From assembly GCA_021129515.1 (NCBI GenBank), contig JAJOLD010000006.1, forward strand, positions 1 to 50,933: a stretch of DNA of 50,933 bases. Direction: 5' to 3'. Every line of letters starts with the position of its first letter. The stretch's first letter is position 1. A program made the position numbers and the translations under genes. The notes under the pieces were generated by a model. It saw only the letters and a program-made list of their open reading frames with translations. It did not search any database and was not told the DNA's origin. The DNA comes from Minisyncoccota bacterium. Lineage in GTDB: Bacteria > Patescibacteriota > Minisyncoccia > Phycocordibacterales > UBA918. Shown one piece after another: positions 24,582-33,488 of the stretch.

Positions 24582-25136
24582 ATGCTACAACAGAAGCAAC
24601 GAACGACGTGTTCTGTGAATGATTGGTTATATTCGGGCATTGCTCATCCAGATGATGTGGTGAGCTTGTGTATAAAAACGTGTAAGCCGGAACACCTTAC
24701 GGCTCCGCTGTGGATTAAGGTTTGTTCATCAAAAAACCTGCCTGGGTTGGTATTTTATTTTGATGTGTTGCCTGACCGGACCACGATTATTGAAAAAGTG
24801 CAGGAAGGTATCACTGCGTTTCGTAGAGTGCAATGCACTTCGTCACAGCGCTTGATCATAAACGATCTTGTGTTTTGGGCTCCAGAGCCGTTGGACGAGT
24901 CACTAGCGTTACTTCGTGGATACTATTCCTTTTGCAATACTCCTATTCGTACTATTAAGGTGAGAATGGGTACGAGAGTGACACTGGTATATGATCACGA
25001 GCAGGATGCGGACAGTCCGTTTGATGTGCTACAAGCTCATTTGAACCGATATGGTTTCAGACCTGTCGAGTCAGAGCATTCCAAAGGTTTGGAGGCCGCT
25101 GCGGCGCTTGTAGACAGCAATCTTGCACATGCGTAA
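24582..25136 (+). CDS. Hypothetical protein (orphan)
   Basis: GAGGA SD 8 nt before the ATG, and a terminator at 25156-25192. Confidence 0.55.
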   Translation: MLQQKQRTTCSVNDWLYSGIAHPDDVVSLCIKTCKPEHLTAPLWIKVCSSKNLPGLVFYFDVLPDRTTIIEKVQEGITAFRRVQCTSSQRLIINDLVFWAPEPLDESLALLRGYYSFCNTPIRTIKVRMGTRVTLVYDHEQDADSPFDVLQAHLNRYGFRPVESEHSKGLEAAAALVDSNLAHA

Positions 25137-25155
25137 CTAAAAGAGCTAACTGCTC

Positions 25156-25192
25156 AAAACCACGGAAGAAAGGAAACTTCCGTGGCTTTTTA
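25156..25192 (+). terminator. Rho-independent terminator
   Basis: CCACGGAAG...CTTCCGTGG followed by CTTTTTAT. Confidence 0.75.
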
Positions 25193-25298
25193 TTTTCTTG
25201 ACCTCGACACTCGTGCAGTATATAAAGGAAAGACACCCACTCTTGACGTGGTATAGGGGTGACGGGTGCGTTCTGACATAGACGATGGGAGAAGACGG

Positions 25299-25688
25299 AT
25301 GACAGGTGAATTGATTTTGCGAACAACCTTTTCAATAGCTGATAAAGAACCATTTGCATCATCTGGCACGACACCAGACAGTGTGACTGACGACATTATG
25401 CAGTATATGAATCCTGATTCAGGGGATAATACCGTGATGTACGATGGTGCTCGGGTAACGCTGAGTATGGCATACAGCGGCAGTAACAGTGGTGAAATTG
25501 GCAATCCGCAGGTGGCAGACTTTGAACTCGACTCACCAATGGATGCAGGTTTATTTCGTGAAAAAATTCGGGAGCAGGTCACAAAGCTACAGGAAGCGTT
25601 TTTTACCGATGCACAAAACCAGGGTGTCGGTCGTTCAAAAAAAAGCATCGACCGCTCTGGCGGTGGTCGGTACAATCCAGCTTCCTGA
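25299..25688 (+). CDS. Hypothetical protein (orphan); 3' end uncertain because of an A8 run
   Basis: Its composition is more protein-like than the antisense 197-aa ORF. The A8 run at 25637-25644 allows an alternative C-terminus ending at 25740. Confidence 0.45.
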   Translation: MTGELILRTTFSIADKEPFASSGTTPDSVTDDIMQYMNPDSGDNTVMYDGARVTLSMAYSGSNSGEIGNPQVADFELDSPMDAGLFREKIREQVTKLQEAFFTDAQNQGVGRSKKSIDRSGGGRYNPAS

Positions 25689-25765
25689 AAGTCGTGACAG
25701 TGCATATAAACAAACGGTGAGAGTCCATCCTGGACACTAGTAAAGCACCATAAACTCCAACCAAG

Positions 25766-25796
25766 AAAGGTCACGAACACCATGTGGCCTTTTTTA
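25766..25796 (+). terminator. Rho-independent terminator
   Basis: AGGTCAC...GTGGCCT (one G-U pair) followed by TTTTT. Confidence 0.6.
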
Positions 25797-25935
25797 TTGA
25801 GTAATTATGCTGCAAACTTTGGTAGTACACACATAGTACCTATTGTTGGTTGTATAAATGTTCGTACAGGCGTATAAAGAGTTTATACCTGCCCAATATT
25901 TGGGGAGAGGTGTTCACAGGTCAAAGGAGAAGATA

Positions 25936-26406
25936 ATGGAGACACATACACTATGCATGCGTGTTCGAGGTGATGCACGAGAATATCAGCATTCTACTGG
26001 TCGGGAAACAGATATTGGGTACACTGTATCCAACATCCACAGCGGGGTGCAATCACTTCCTGATTGGAAAGGTGAAAAAGGACAGCGGGCAACGTATCCA
26101 AAATGGGTAGTCACGCAAGTTGATGGTGAAGAGATAGATTTTTTATTCTCACCCGTGTGGGATAACCAACGACATACATCTACTGCATTTTGCAATCGGG
26201 TAAATGTGCAGTGGCAGTTCTATACTACGCTTGCGCAACAGATGTCAGGACCAGTGTTTGTCACAATAAACGATGATCATAGTTATGCAGTCCACCAAGA
26301 ACCTAATGGGTTTGTTTCGGTGCTTGCAGACTACCTTGAGTACCTGAATGAAAAACTCAGGTTAATCACACTCCACTGTGGTGAGTATCGGTTCCCATGT
26401 ACATGA
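25936..26406 (+). CDS. Hypothetical protein (orphan)
   Basis: AAGGAG SD 6 nt before ATG 25936. The ORF is open from 25858. Confidence 0.55.
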   Translation: METHTLCMRVRGDAREYQHSTGRETDIGYTVSNIHSGVQSLPDWKGEKGQRATYPKWVVTQVDGEEIDFLFSPVWDNQRHTSTAFCNRVNVQWQFYTTLAQQMSGPVFVTINDDHSYAVHQEPNGFVSVLADYLEYLNEKLRLITLHCGEYRFPCT

Positions 26407-26549
26407 CCGCATACAAACGAGTTTGATAGTTTGGAAAGATTCATGCGTATTTTTCCGAAAAAAATGCATGCGTGCTATAAAATCGCAGAGAAGGGAGATT
26501 CGGTCACATGTCACCCAATTACTCTGTGAGTGTATCAACCTACTCAATG

Positions 26550-26595
26550 AAAGCCCTGCGGTTCCACCAACGACGTGGAAGGGCTTTTTTGTTTT
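26550..26595 (+). terminator. Strong terminator or attenuator hairpin upstream of ileS
   Basis: AAAGCCC/GGGCTTT and TTCCAC/GTGGAA stems with a 5-nt bulge, followed by TTTTTTGTTTT. Confidence 0.65.
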
Positions 26596-26782
26596 GGCAG
26601 ACACCGACGTTTGTTCTGTGCAAATTGTAAAAAAGTGCTAGGATAGGACGTATCCGCATGACTCTATCAGTGTACGGTGACATGAATAGGTGTGCGGGCG
26701 TGTCTGATACACACGGCTGATGTACTTCTCGGATTGCGAGTTGTACATCGGGATTATTATGTCTGATATACATATCATAAGT

Positions 26783-29700
26783 ATGAGTGATAAGAATAAG
26801 TATAAAGAGAATGTGACTGCGTCACATTCTGAAGATGGTGTAAAGAGCGACGTTGCACGTCGCGAAGAGGACGTGCTCGCATTTTGGAACGAGCATGACA
26901 TTTTTAATAAAAGCCTAGAAAAAGAATCACCCGAGGGTGATTTTGTATTTTATGACGGGCCGCCGTTTGCAACGGGTCTGCCGCACTATGGGCATATTTT
27001 GGCAGGGACTATTAAAGACGCAATCCCGCGCTTCTGGACGATGAACGGTTACCATGTGAAGCGAAAGTGGGGATGGGATTGTCATGGGTTGCCGCTTGAA
27101 AATATTATTGAGAAGCGACTTGGATTTTCTACCAAGCGCGACATTGAAGAATTTGGTATTAAAAATTTTAATGAAGCAGCACGAGACGCGGTGATGGAGT
27201 ATGCAGACGATTGGAAACAGGTTATCCCGCGCATGGGTCGTTGGGTAGATATGGAAGATGACTACAAGACCATGGACCCTACCTATACTGAGTCTGTGTG
27301 GCATGTGTTTAGTGAGCTCTATAAGAAGGGGTTGGTGTATGAAGGGTTTAAGAGCATGCACCTGAGTCCACGTAGTGGTACCACGTTGTCGAACTTTGAA
27401 GTTAATCTTGGGTATAAAGACATTAAAGATATTGCGGTTACGGTGAAGTTGCCACTCCTTGATGAAGCTGGCGAGGTGACTGATACATCGCTTCTTGTAT
27501 GGACCACCACCCCATGGACATTGCCGGGCAACATGGCAGCAGCGGTTCATAATGATCTCGAGTACGAGTGCGTAGAAGTAGAAACTGATGCGGGAAAAGA
27601 AAAATATATTTTGGCCAAGGAACGACTTATACAGCTTGGTGATATTCCATATCAAGTGCTGGAAACCATTCTCGGAAGCGCCTTGACGGGTAAGAAATAT
27701 CAACCACCATTCCCATGGCTCGGTGAACAGAAATTTGAAGGTAAAGATACGGCTTGGACTATCTACCACGCTGACTACGTCGAAGTAGGTGAGGAAGGAA
27801 CGGGAGCGGTACACATTGCCCCTGCCTACGGTGAGGAAGACCTCGCACTCGCGCAGGAAGAAGGTATCCCAATTGTGCATCATGTCGACTACGAGGGGCG
27901 TTTCATGGACTTCGTTACTGACTTTGCTGGGCAGCTTGTCAAGCCAAAGGATGACGATGATGCGGGCGTCACGCACCTTGATGCTGATATTGAGATTGTG
28001 AAAGCACTGAATGCGTCAGGGAAACTCTTTAAGAAAGAAAATATCACCCACAGCTATCCACACGATTGGCGCAATGGTGCACCACTTCTCAACTATGCAA
28101 CTACATCATGGTTTGTTGCGGTAACAAAAATCAAGGAAGAGCTTGTTGCTGCGAATAATACCGTGCACTGGGTGCCTGAACATGTCGGCACTAATCGGTT
28201 CGGAAAGTGGCTTGAGGGTGCGCGCGATTGGGCGGTCTCACGGCAGCGATACTGGGGTGCGCCGCTGCCGATTTGGCAGAATCCTGAAACTAAAGACTTC
28301 AAAGTGCTTGGGTCACTGCAAGAGATTCGAGAGCATGTACGTCGGTCAGGGAATGCCTTTTTCTTGATGCGTCATGGGGAGGCGGATTCTAATGTCACAG
28401 GCTTCTCAAGCACCAAGATAGACGCAGCGAACCCAATGACTGAAAACGGTACGGCGCAAGTTGCTGATGCGCTGGTGGGACTCAAAGAGAAAAATATTGA
28501 CCTTATTATTGCATCACCATTCCAGCGCACTCGTGAAACTGCTGAGCAAGTTGCAGAAGGACTCGGTATCGCAAAAGACGCAATTGTATACGACGAACGT
28601 ATCGGCGAGGTGCAGTTGGGGGCGATTGATGGGGTGAGTACCGAGGAGTACCACCAGTTTCTCGATGAGGGCGGGTTGTGGTGCGAGTCTGCACCCGAAG
28701 GTGGTGAGTCATGGTCTGATGTGAAGCGGCGTGTGGGTGCGTTCCTCTATGACACTGACAAAGCATATGAAGGAAAGAATATTTTGGTCATTGCACACAA
28801 CAGCCCGCTACAGATGCTGGGTGCGGTCAATGATGGATTGTCACTGCGTGATGAGGCATTTGCCTATGATGCTGATGGCAAACGATACAACAATGCTGAG
28901 GTGCGTGAGTTGCCATTTGTGCCTATGCCACACAACGACAACTATGAGCTCGACTATCACCGACCGTATATCGATGATATTGAACTGTATGACTTTGACC
29001 CGAATGCACCTGAAGGTGCACGGGCAGGTGGCACCAAGCTCGAACGGGTGCCTGATGTCTTTGACTGTTGGTTTGAGTCGGGCGCAATGCCGTATGGGCA
29101 GCAGCACTATCCGTTCGAAAACCTTGATCAGTTCGACCCTGAGACGGGGAAGGGGTATCCAGCAAACTTCATCGCAGAAGGGCTTGACCAAACGCGTGGG
29201 TGGTTCTACTCACTCATTGTGCTGGGGACGGCACTCTTTGGGAAGTCGCCGTACCAGAACGTGATTGTAAACGGACTGGTACTTGCAGAAGACGGGAAGA
29301 AGATGAGTAAGTCGCTCCAGAACTATCCCGACCCAATGGAACTTGCTGATCGTGTGGGTGTCGATGCGATGCGCTTCTACCTCCTCTCCTCACCAATTAT
29401 CCGTGCTGAGGACCTTAATTTTGCAGAGCAAGGTGTCCTTGAATTGCAGCGAAAGAATATTGGACGGTTGCACAACGTACTTGCGATGTACGAGCAATAT
29501 GCAGACGAGTACACGAAAGCAGATGCAACCTCAACACAGGTCTTAGACCGCTGGATTCTCGCACGCCTCCATGAACTCACACGCGATGTTACTGCAGGAT
29601 TCAAAGGCTATGAACTCGATAAGGCAACGCGACCGATTACTGACTTTATTGATGATCTTTCGGTGTGGTATCTCCGCAGATCTAGAGATAGGCTGAAAAA

Positions 29701-30376
29701 TTCTGAAGATAGTACAGACAAAACAGCGGCACTGAGCACGCTGAAGTATGTGCTTCGAGAACTTGCGCTTGTGATGGCGCCATCGATGCCGTTCTACTCA
29801 GAGTATCTCTACCGCCGCGTGAAGGAAGAAAGTGATATGGAGAGTGTGCACTTAGCGCAGTGGCCTGAAACTGCTGCAGTAGACGAGGAGGTCTTGGCTG
29901 ACATGGCAACCGTGAGGCAAACGGTCACCCTCGCACTTGAGGCGCGTGCAAAGGCGGGTATCAAAGTGCGACAGCCACTTCAAACACTCACCGTGAAGCA
30001 AGAATCTGTCGTGGCTGATGTGGCATACAAAACACTTATTGCAGATGAGGTGAACATAAAGGAGGTTGTTGCTGATGCATCGCTAGAGCATGAAGTTGTA
30101 CTTGATACTGAAATTACCCCAGCACTCCAGGCAGAAGGCAATGCCCGTGAGTTTATGCGTCACGTACAAGACGCACGCAAGAAAGCAGGACTCCAGCCAG
30201 ACGATGTCATTGTGCTTACCGTGACTGACGCAACCAAGGCGCTTATTGGTGTCCATGGGGAAATAGTCGCGATCACCGTCGGTGCGAGCGAGATTACCAC
30301 TGAGAATCTGGGAGAAGACGCACTTGTCGCGAAAGTCGATGGTACCGACTACCAGTTCACCATCACACTCATGTAA
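26783..30376 (+). CDS. ileS: Isoleucyl-tRNA synthetase (type 2-like) carrying an inserted histidine-phosphatase domain
   Basis: GLPHYGHILAG (HIGH), KKMSKSL (KMSKS) and DWAVSRQRYWGAPLPIW. The start is ambiguous (26720, 26759 or 26783). Confidence 0.92.
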   Translation: MSDKNKYKENVTASHSEDGVKSDVARREEDVLAFWNEHDIFNKSLEKESPEGDFVFYDGPPFATGLPHYGHILAGTIKDAIPRFWTMNGYHVKRKWGWDCHGLPLENIIEKRLGFSTKRDIEEFGIKNFNEAARDAVMEYADDWKQVIPRMGRWVDMEDDYKTMDPTYTESVWHVFSELYKKGLVYEGFKSMHLSPRSGTTLSNFEVNLGYKDIKDIAVTVKLPLLDEAGEVTDTSLLVWTTTPWTLPGNMAAAVHNDLEYECVEVETDAGKEKYILAKERLIQLGDIPYQVLETILGSALTGKKYQPPFPWLGEQKFEGKDTAWTIYHADYVEVGEEGTGAVHIAPAYGEEDLALAQEEGIPIVHHVDYEGRFMDFVTDFAGQLVKPKDDDDAGVTHLDADIEIVKALNASGKLFKKENITHSYPHDWRNGAPLLNYATTSWFVAVTKIKEELVAANNTVHWVPEHVGTNRFGKWLEGARDWAVSRQRYWGAPLPIWQNPETKDFKVLGSLQEIREHVRRSGNAFFLMRHGEADSNVTGFSSTKIDAANPMTENGTAQVADALVGLKEKNIDLIIASPFQRTRETAEQVAEGLGIAKDAIVYDERIGEVQLGAIDGVSTEEYHQFLDEGGLWCESAPEGGESWSDVKRRVGAFLYDTDKAYEGKNILVIAHNSPLQMLGAVNDGLSLRDEAFAYDADGKRYNNAEVRELPFVPMPHNDNYELDYHRPYIDDIELYDFDPNAPEGARAGGTKLERVPDVFDCWFESGAMPYGQQHYPFENLDQFDPETGKGYPANFIAEGLDQTRGWFYSLIVLGTALFGKSPYQNVIVNGLVLAEDGKKMSKSLQNYPDPMELADRVGVDAMRFYLLSSPIIRAEDLNFAEQGVLELQRKNIGRLHNVLAMYEQYADEYTKADATSTQVLDRWILARLHELTRDVTAGFKGYELDKATRPITDFIDDLSVWYLRRSRDRLKNSEDSTDKTAALSTLKYVLRELALVMAPSMPFYSEYLYRRVKEESDMESVHLAQWPETAAVDEEVLADMATVRQTVTLALEARAKAGIKVRQPLQTLTVKQESVVADVAYKTLIADEVNIKEVVADASLEHEVVLDTEITPALQAEGNAREFMRHVQDARKKAGLQPDDVIVLTVTDATKALIGVHGEIVAITVGASEITTENLGEDALVAKVDGTDYQFTITLM
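28340..28948 (+). other. Histidine phosphatase superfamily (PGAM-like) domain embedded in ileS
   Basis: FLMRHGEADSN, ASPFQRTRETA, GGESWSDVKRR and LVIAHNSPL. All four catalytic signatures are in frame. Confidence 0.8.
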
Positions 30377-30399
30377 CACGCGTGTCGCAGCCGCGCGTG

Positions 30400-30436
30400 C
30401 ACTACTCTCTACCATCTACCTACTAATTACTACATT
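30400..30436 (+). promoter_or_regulatory. G-free CACTAC-N3-CTAC leader before recO
   Basis: CACTACTCTCTACCATCTACCTACTAATTACTACATT then ATG. It is preceded by the GC hairpin ACGCG...CGCGT. Confidence 0.55.
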
Positions 30437-31012
30437 ATGCCCTACAAGGTATACATCACCGATGCGCTCGTATGCGGACATAAAAACCTCAATACCTCCG
30501 ACAAGGTCTACCAACTCTTTACCCGAGAGGCGGGAATGCTTTGGGTGACCGCGCAGAGTGTCCGTATGGAAAAATCTAAACACCGATACGCACTGCAAGA
30601 TTTTTCTCACATACGGGTGTCACTCGTTCGAGGGAAGGGAGGATGGAGAATTGTTAGCAGCGAAGTACAAGACAACTTGTACTACACCACGAGTAATCGC
30701 TATACACGCGCAACCGTACGTAATGTACTACGACTACTCCGTCGTGTGGTGCGCGGGGAAGAAGCACATGCTGGATTATTTGATGATGTGATGCATGGTT
30801 TTGCACATCTGGGTGTGGTTGCTGATACGCCCCTTGAAACGGTGCTGATGCTGCGTATTATGTATGCACTCGGATATGTGCCTGCGGCTGCGCACTATGA
30901 TGCGGTGCTTGCTGAAAACTACGAGTATACTACAGTAGAGGCACTTACCTCAGACGCCCTTACGGCATGCAAAACAACACTCACACAAGCTATCGCACAC
31001 AGCCAGTTATAG
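30437..31012 (+). CDS. recO: DNA repair protein RecO (short form)
   Basis: N-terminal OB-fold pattern ..LFTREAGMLWVTAQSVR..SKHRYALQDF..., with 191 aa overall. Confidence 0.6.
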   Translation: MPYKVYITDALVCGHKNLNTSDKVYQLFTREAGMLWVTAQSVRMEKSKHRYALQDFSHIRVSLVRGKGGWRIVSSEVQDNLYYTTSNRYTRATVRNVLRLLRRVVRGEEAHAGLFDDVMHGFAHLGVVADTPLETVLMLRIMYALGYVPAAAHYDAVLAENYEYTTVEALTSDALTACKTTLTQAIAHSQL

Positions 31013-31024
31013 AGGGTGTTGCGC

Positions 31025-33058
31025 ATGCTATACTCACCACATATGCCCATGACACCGCAATCACCACACGAACACACTCCGCATCCAAAAAAGGATACTG
31101 AACATGATCCGCGCGAATCGTTGCGTTCGCGGGTGAGTCATTCGGAGGGTATTGAATCAATGCGCGACAGGCTCTATCAGCGTGGTAATACGCAGGCGCC
31201 AACCAAGCGAACCAAGCTTATCGACACGTCTATTCGCACGCCGCGGACTTCCTGGGAACAGCCACCAGTGACAACAAGTGCTACATCAGAAACAATGCAA
31301 GATGCGCTTGCACAGACATCTATGGGTACAAAACGTAAAAAAACATATCGAGTAAAGCTTGTCCTTGCAGGGATATTCTTCTTTGTGGTTGCTATGGGTC
31401 TTTCTAGTGCATTTTTGTATTTTGGTACTAACTCAATTTCAGGCAGCAATATTGCCATTGATGTATCAGGACCATTTTCCATTGGTGGCGGTGAAGAAAT
31501 ACCGATTCAAATTTCAGTCGCCAATCAAAATACGGTATCAATTGAATCAGCAACACTCATTGTTGAGTACCCAGCCGGGACACAATCGACAACCGAACGA
31601 GGTAAGGAGCTGTTTACCGAACGTATCCCACTCAATGATATTGGCACCGGTGAAGTGGTGAATGTACCTGCTCGAGCTATTGTCTATGGTGAAGAAAATG
31701 AAGAAAAAGAGGTGACCGTATCGGTAGAGTATCGTGTCAGCGGTTCGAATGCGACTTTCTTTAAAGAAGCAGACCCTCTTCGCTTTAAAATCAACTCATC
31801 ACCAGTTGCAATGCGTGTCGAGACAGTCGAGAAAATATCTTCAGGTGAAGAAATTGCCGTGCAGGTTGTGGTGTCATCAAATGCCCCAACCGAGATAACA
31901 GACATTTTAGTTAAAGCAGCATATCCATATGGCTTTGATTATTCGACAGCTTCTCCAGAGCCTGTGTCAGGACAAGATGTCTGGCATATTGCATCCTTGG
32001 CACCTGAAGAAACAAAAGTCATAGATATTACAGGTATTATTGTGGGAAAACAAAACGATGAACGAGTCTTCAATTTCTCAACAGGTGTGCCAAACGAACG
32101 TGACCCATATGCACTCGCATCTATCTTTTCTACCACTGATGTCGGTGTGCAAATGGAAGATCCGTTCCTTGGCATTACTGTGAGTGTCAATGGGAAAGAG
32201 AATGATATTGTGGTGATTGAACCTAAAGAGAGTGCAGTGGTGCGTATTAATTTTACCAATACCCTGAATGACACACTCTATGATGGGATTGTTGAGGCAA
32301 AGCTTGATGGTAACGCACTCAACGAAATTACCATCAATAGCGCAGAAGGTTTCTACGATTCAACAACAAATACCATTACATGGGATTCTGTGGATGTAGG
32401 GTCATTGTCTGAGCTACTTCCCGGTGGTAGTAGTCAAGTTGATTTTCAGTTAGTATCGAGCAAGGATGCTGCACAGACACCAGAAATAAATCTTGAAGTG
32501 TCAGTCAAAGGGCGTCGTGTCTTTGAAGACCGGGTACCACAAGAACTCAATGGCGGTGTGTCACGGATTATCCGTGTTGAGAGTGCGGTGACATTTGCTT
32601 CTTCGGTACTCCATTCAGCAGGACCGTTTACCAACACTGGTCCTGTGCCACCAGTTGCAGAAGAAGTGACGCAGTACACTCTTGATTTATCGGTGGAAAA
32701 TGGAAGTAACGATATCACGCTCGCCGAAGTGACTGCTGTGTTGCCGCCATATGTCACTTGGCTTGATTTAAAAACAGCTGATGATGTTGTGGTCTATGAT
32801 GCAGTAAATCGTTTGATGACATGGACCATTGGAGATATGGATGCAAATACTCGTGAGACCGCTTCGGTGCAGGTCTCAGTGACTCCGAGTCTCAACCAAA
32901 TCGGCACCGTACCAAATATACTTGAGTCACAGCAGTTTAAAGCCACTGACCGATTTACCGGCACTGTACTTCGCGCATCCACTCCTGCAATTACAACGAT
33001 GTTATTGGAAGATCCCTACCACGAAGCACGTTCAGGCGGGCAAGTACAAGCACCGTAA
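31025..33058 (+). CDS. Membrane-anchored surface protein with repeated beta-rich domains
   Basis: Disordered N-terminus, a single TM helix (LVLAGIFFFVVAMGLSSAFLYF), then about 540 aa of Ig/CARDB-like beta-rich sequence. GAGGG lies 9 nt before ATG 31025. Confidence 0.6.
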   Translation: MLYSPHMPMTPQSPHEHTPHPKKDTEHDPRESLRSRVSHSEGIESMRDRLYQRGNTQAPTKRTKLIDTSIRTPRTSWEQPPVTTSATSETMQDALAQTSMGTKRKKTYRVKLVLAGIFFFVVAMGLSSAFLYFGTNSISGSNIAIDVSGPFSIGGGEEIPIQISVANQNTVSIESATLIVEYPAGTQSTTERGKELFTERIPLNDIGTGEVVNVPARAIVYGEENEEKEVTVSVEYRVSGSNATFFKEADPLRFKINSSPVAMRVETVEKISSGEEIAVQVVVSSNAPTEITDILVKAAYPYGFDYSTASPEPVSGQDVWHIASLAPEETKVIDITGIIVGKQNDERVFNFSTGVPNERDPYALASIFSTTDVGVQMEDPFLGITVSVNGKENDIVVIEPKESAVVRINFTNTLNDTLYDGIVEAKLDGNALNEITINSAEGFYDSTTNTITWDSVDVGSLSELLPGGSSQVDFQLVSSKDAAQTPEINLEVSVKGRRVFEDRVPQELNGGVSRIIRVESAVTFASSVLHSAGPFTNTGPVPPVAEEVTQYTLDLSVENGSNDITLAEVTAVLPPYVTWLDLKTADDVVVYDAVNRLMTWTIGDMDANTRETASVQVSVTPSLNQIGTVPNILESQQFKATDRFTGTVLRASTPAITTMLLEDPYHEARSGGQVQAP

Positions 33059-33219
33059 GTAGTATACGTAGTTGGTATAGAGGATTCGATACGCTCACGT
33101 GAGAGAACAAAAGTGAAGATTCTGTTCGTGGTGACCGCTTTGTCACCGCAAGCATGGTGTATTTCATGCTACATAAGCACTGGATTAATCCATAATATGC
33201 AGGTATAGTACGGGAATTA

Positions 33220-33293
33220 AATGAAGAAATGAGCGCAAGCGACTATTCTAAATTTAGTTCCCAATTTCTTCCTGACCTAGAAGAAATTGCTGG
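33220..33293 (+). repeat. Structured tandem repeat upstream of glyQS, copy 1
   Basis: AATGAAGAAA...CGACTATTCTAAATTTAG..CAATTTCTTC-CTGACCTA-GAAGAAATTGCTGG. Confidence 0.75.
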
Positions 33294-33341
33294 AACACTA
33301 AGCAGTATCAAATGATAATGACCGAAAACAACACAATGGTG

Positions 33342-33436
33342 AATGAAGAAAGGAATGAGAAGGTCTGGGAGACCTTCGAATCGACTATTCTGAATTTACA
33401 TCTCAATTTGCCCCTAGTCTAGGGCAAATTGCTAGG
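33342..33436 (+). repeat. Structured tandem repeat upstream of glyQS, copy 2
   Basis: AATGAAGAAA...CGACTATTCTGAATTTAC..CAATTTGCCC-CTAGTCTA-GGGCAAATTGCTAGG. The stem covaries with copy 1. Confidence 0.75.
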
Positions 33437-33488
33437 TGCTCGTATGTTAAATAATGTTTTAAATATGAAAGAAGAAGGTAACTCAAAA

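Noticed and set aside
25190-25783. 197-aa minus-strand ORF opposite the orphan gene 25299-25688
   Set aside because: It is Ser/Cys/Phe-rich with unprotein-like composition. It runs through two plus-strand terminators, and the flanking terminators are oriented for plus-strand transcription.
26410-26782. T-box riboswitch upstream of ileS
   Set aside because: A strong terminator is present, but I could not find the T-box consensus (..GGGUGGNACCGCG..) on the sense strand or a specifier-loop arrangement. GGTGGAACCGC occurs only on the opposite strand, as part of the terminator stem.
26927-27976. 349-aa minus-strand ORF inside ileS
   Set aside because: It is antisense to a region with strong IleRS homology. 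Its composition is skewed (Phe/Ile/Arg/Cys-rich) with no start context. This is a typical shadow ORF.
33059-33488. Glycine riboswitch or glyQS T-box
   Set aside because: The tandem units do not contain the glycine-aptamer core (..GGAGAG..CACCG..) or T-box elements. I kept the region as an unassigned structured repeat instead.
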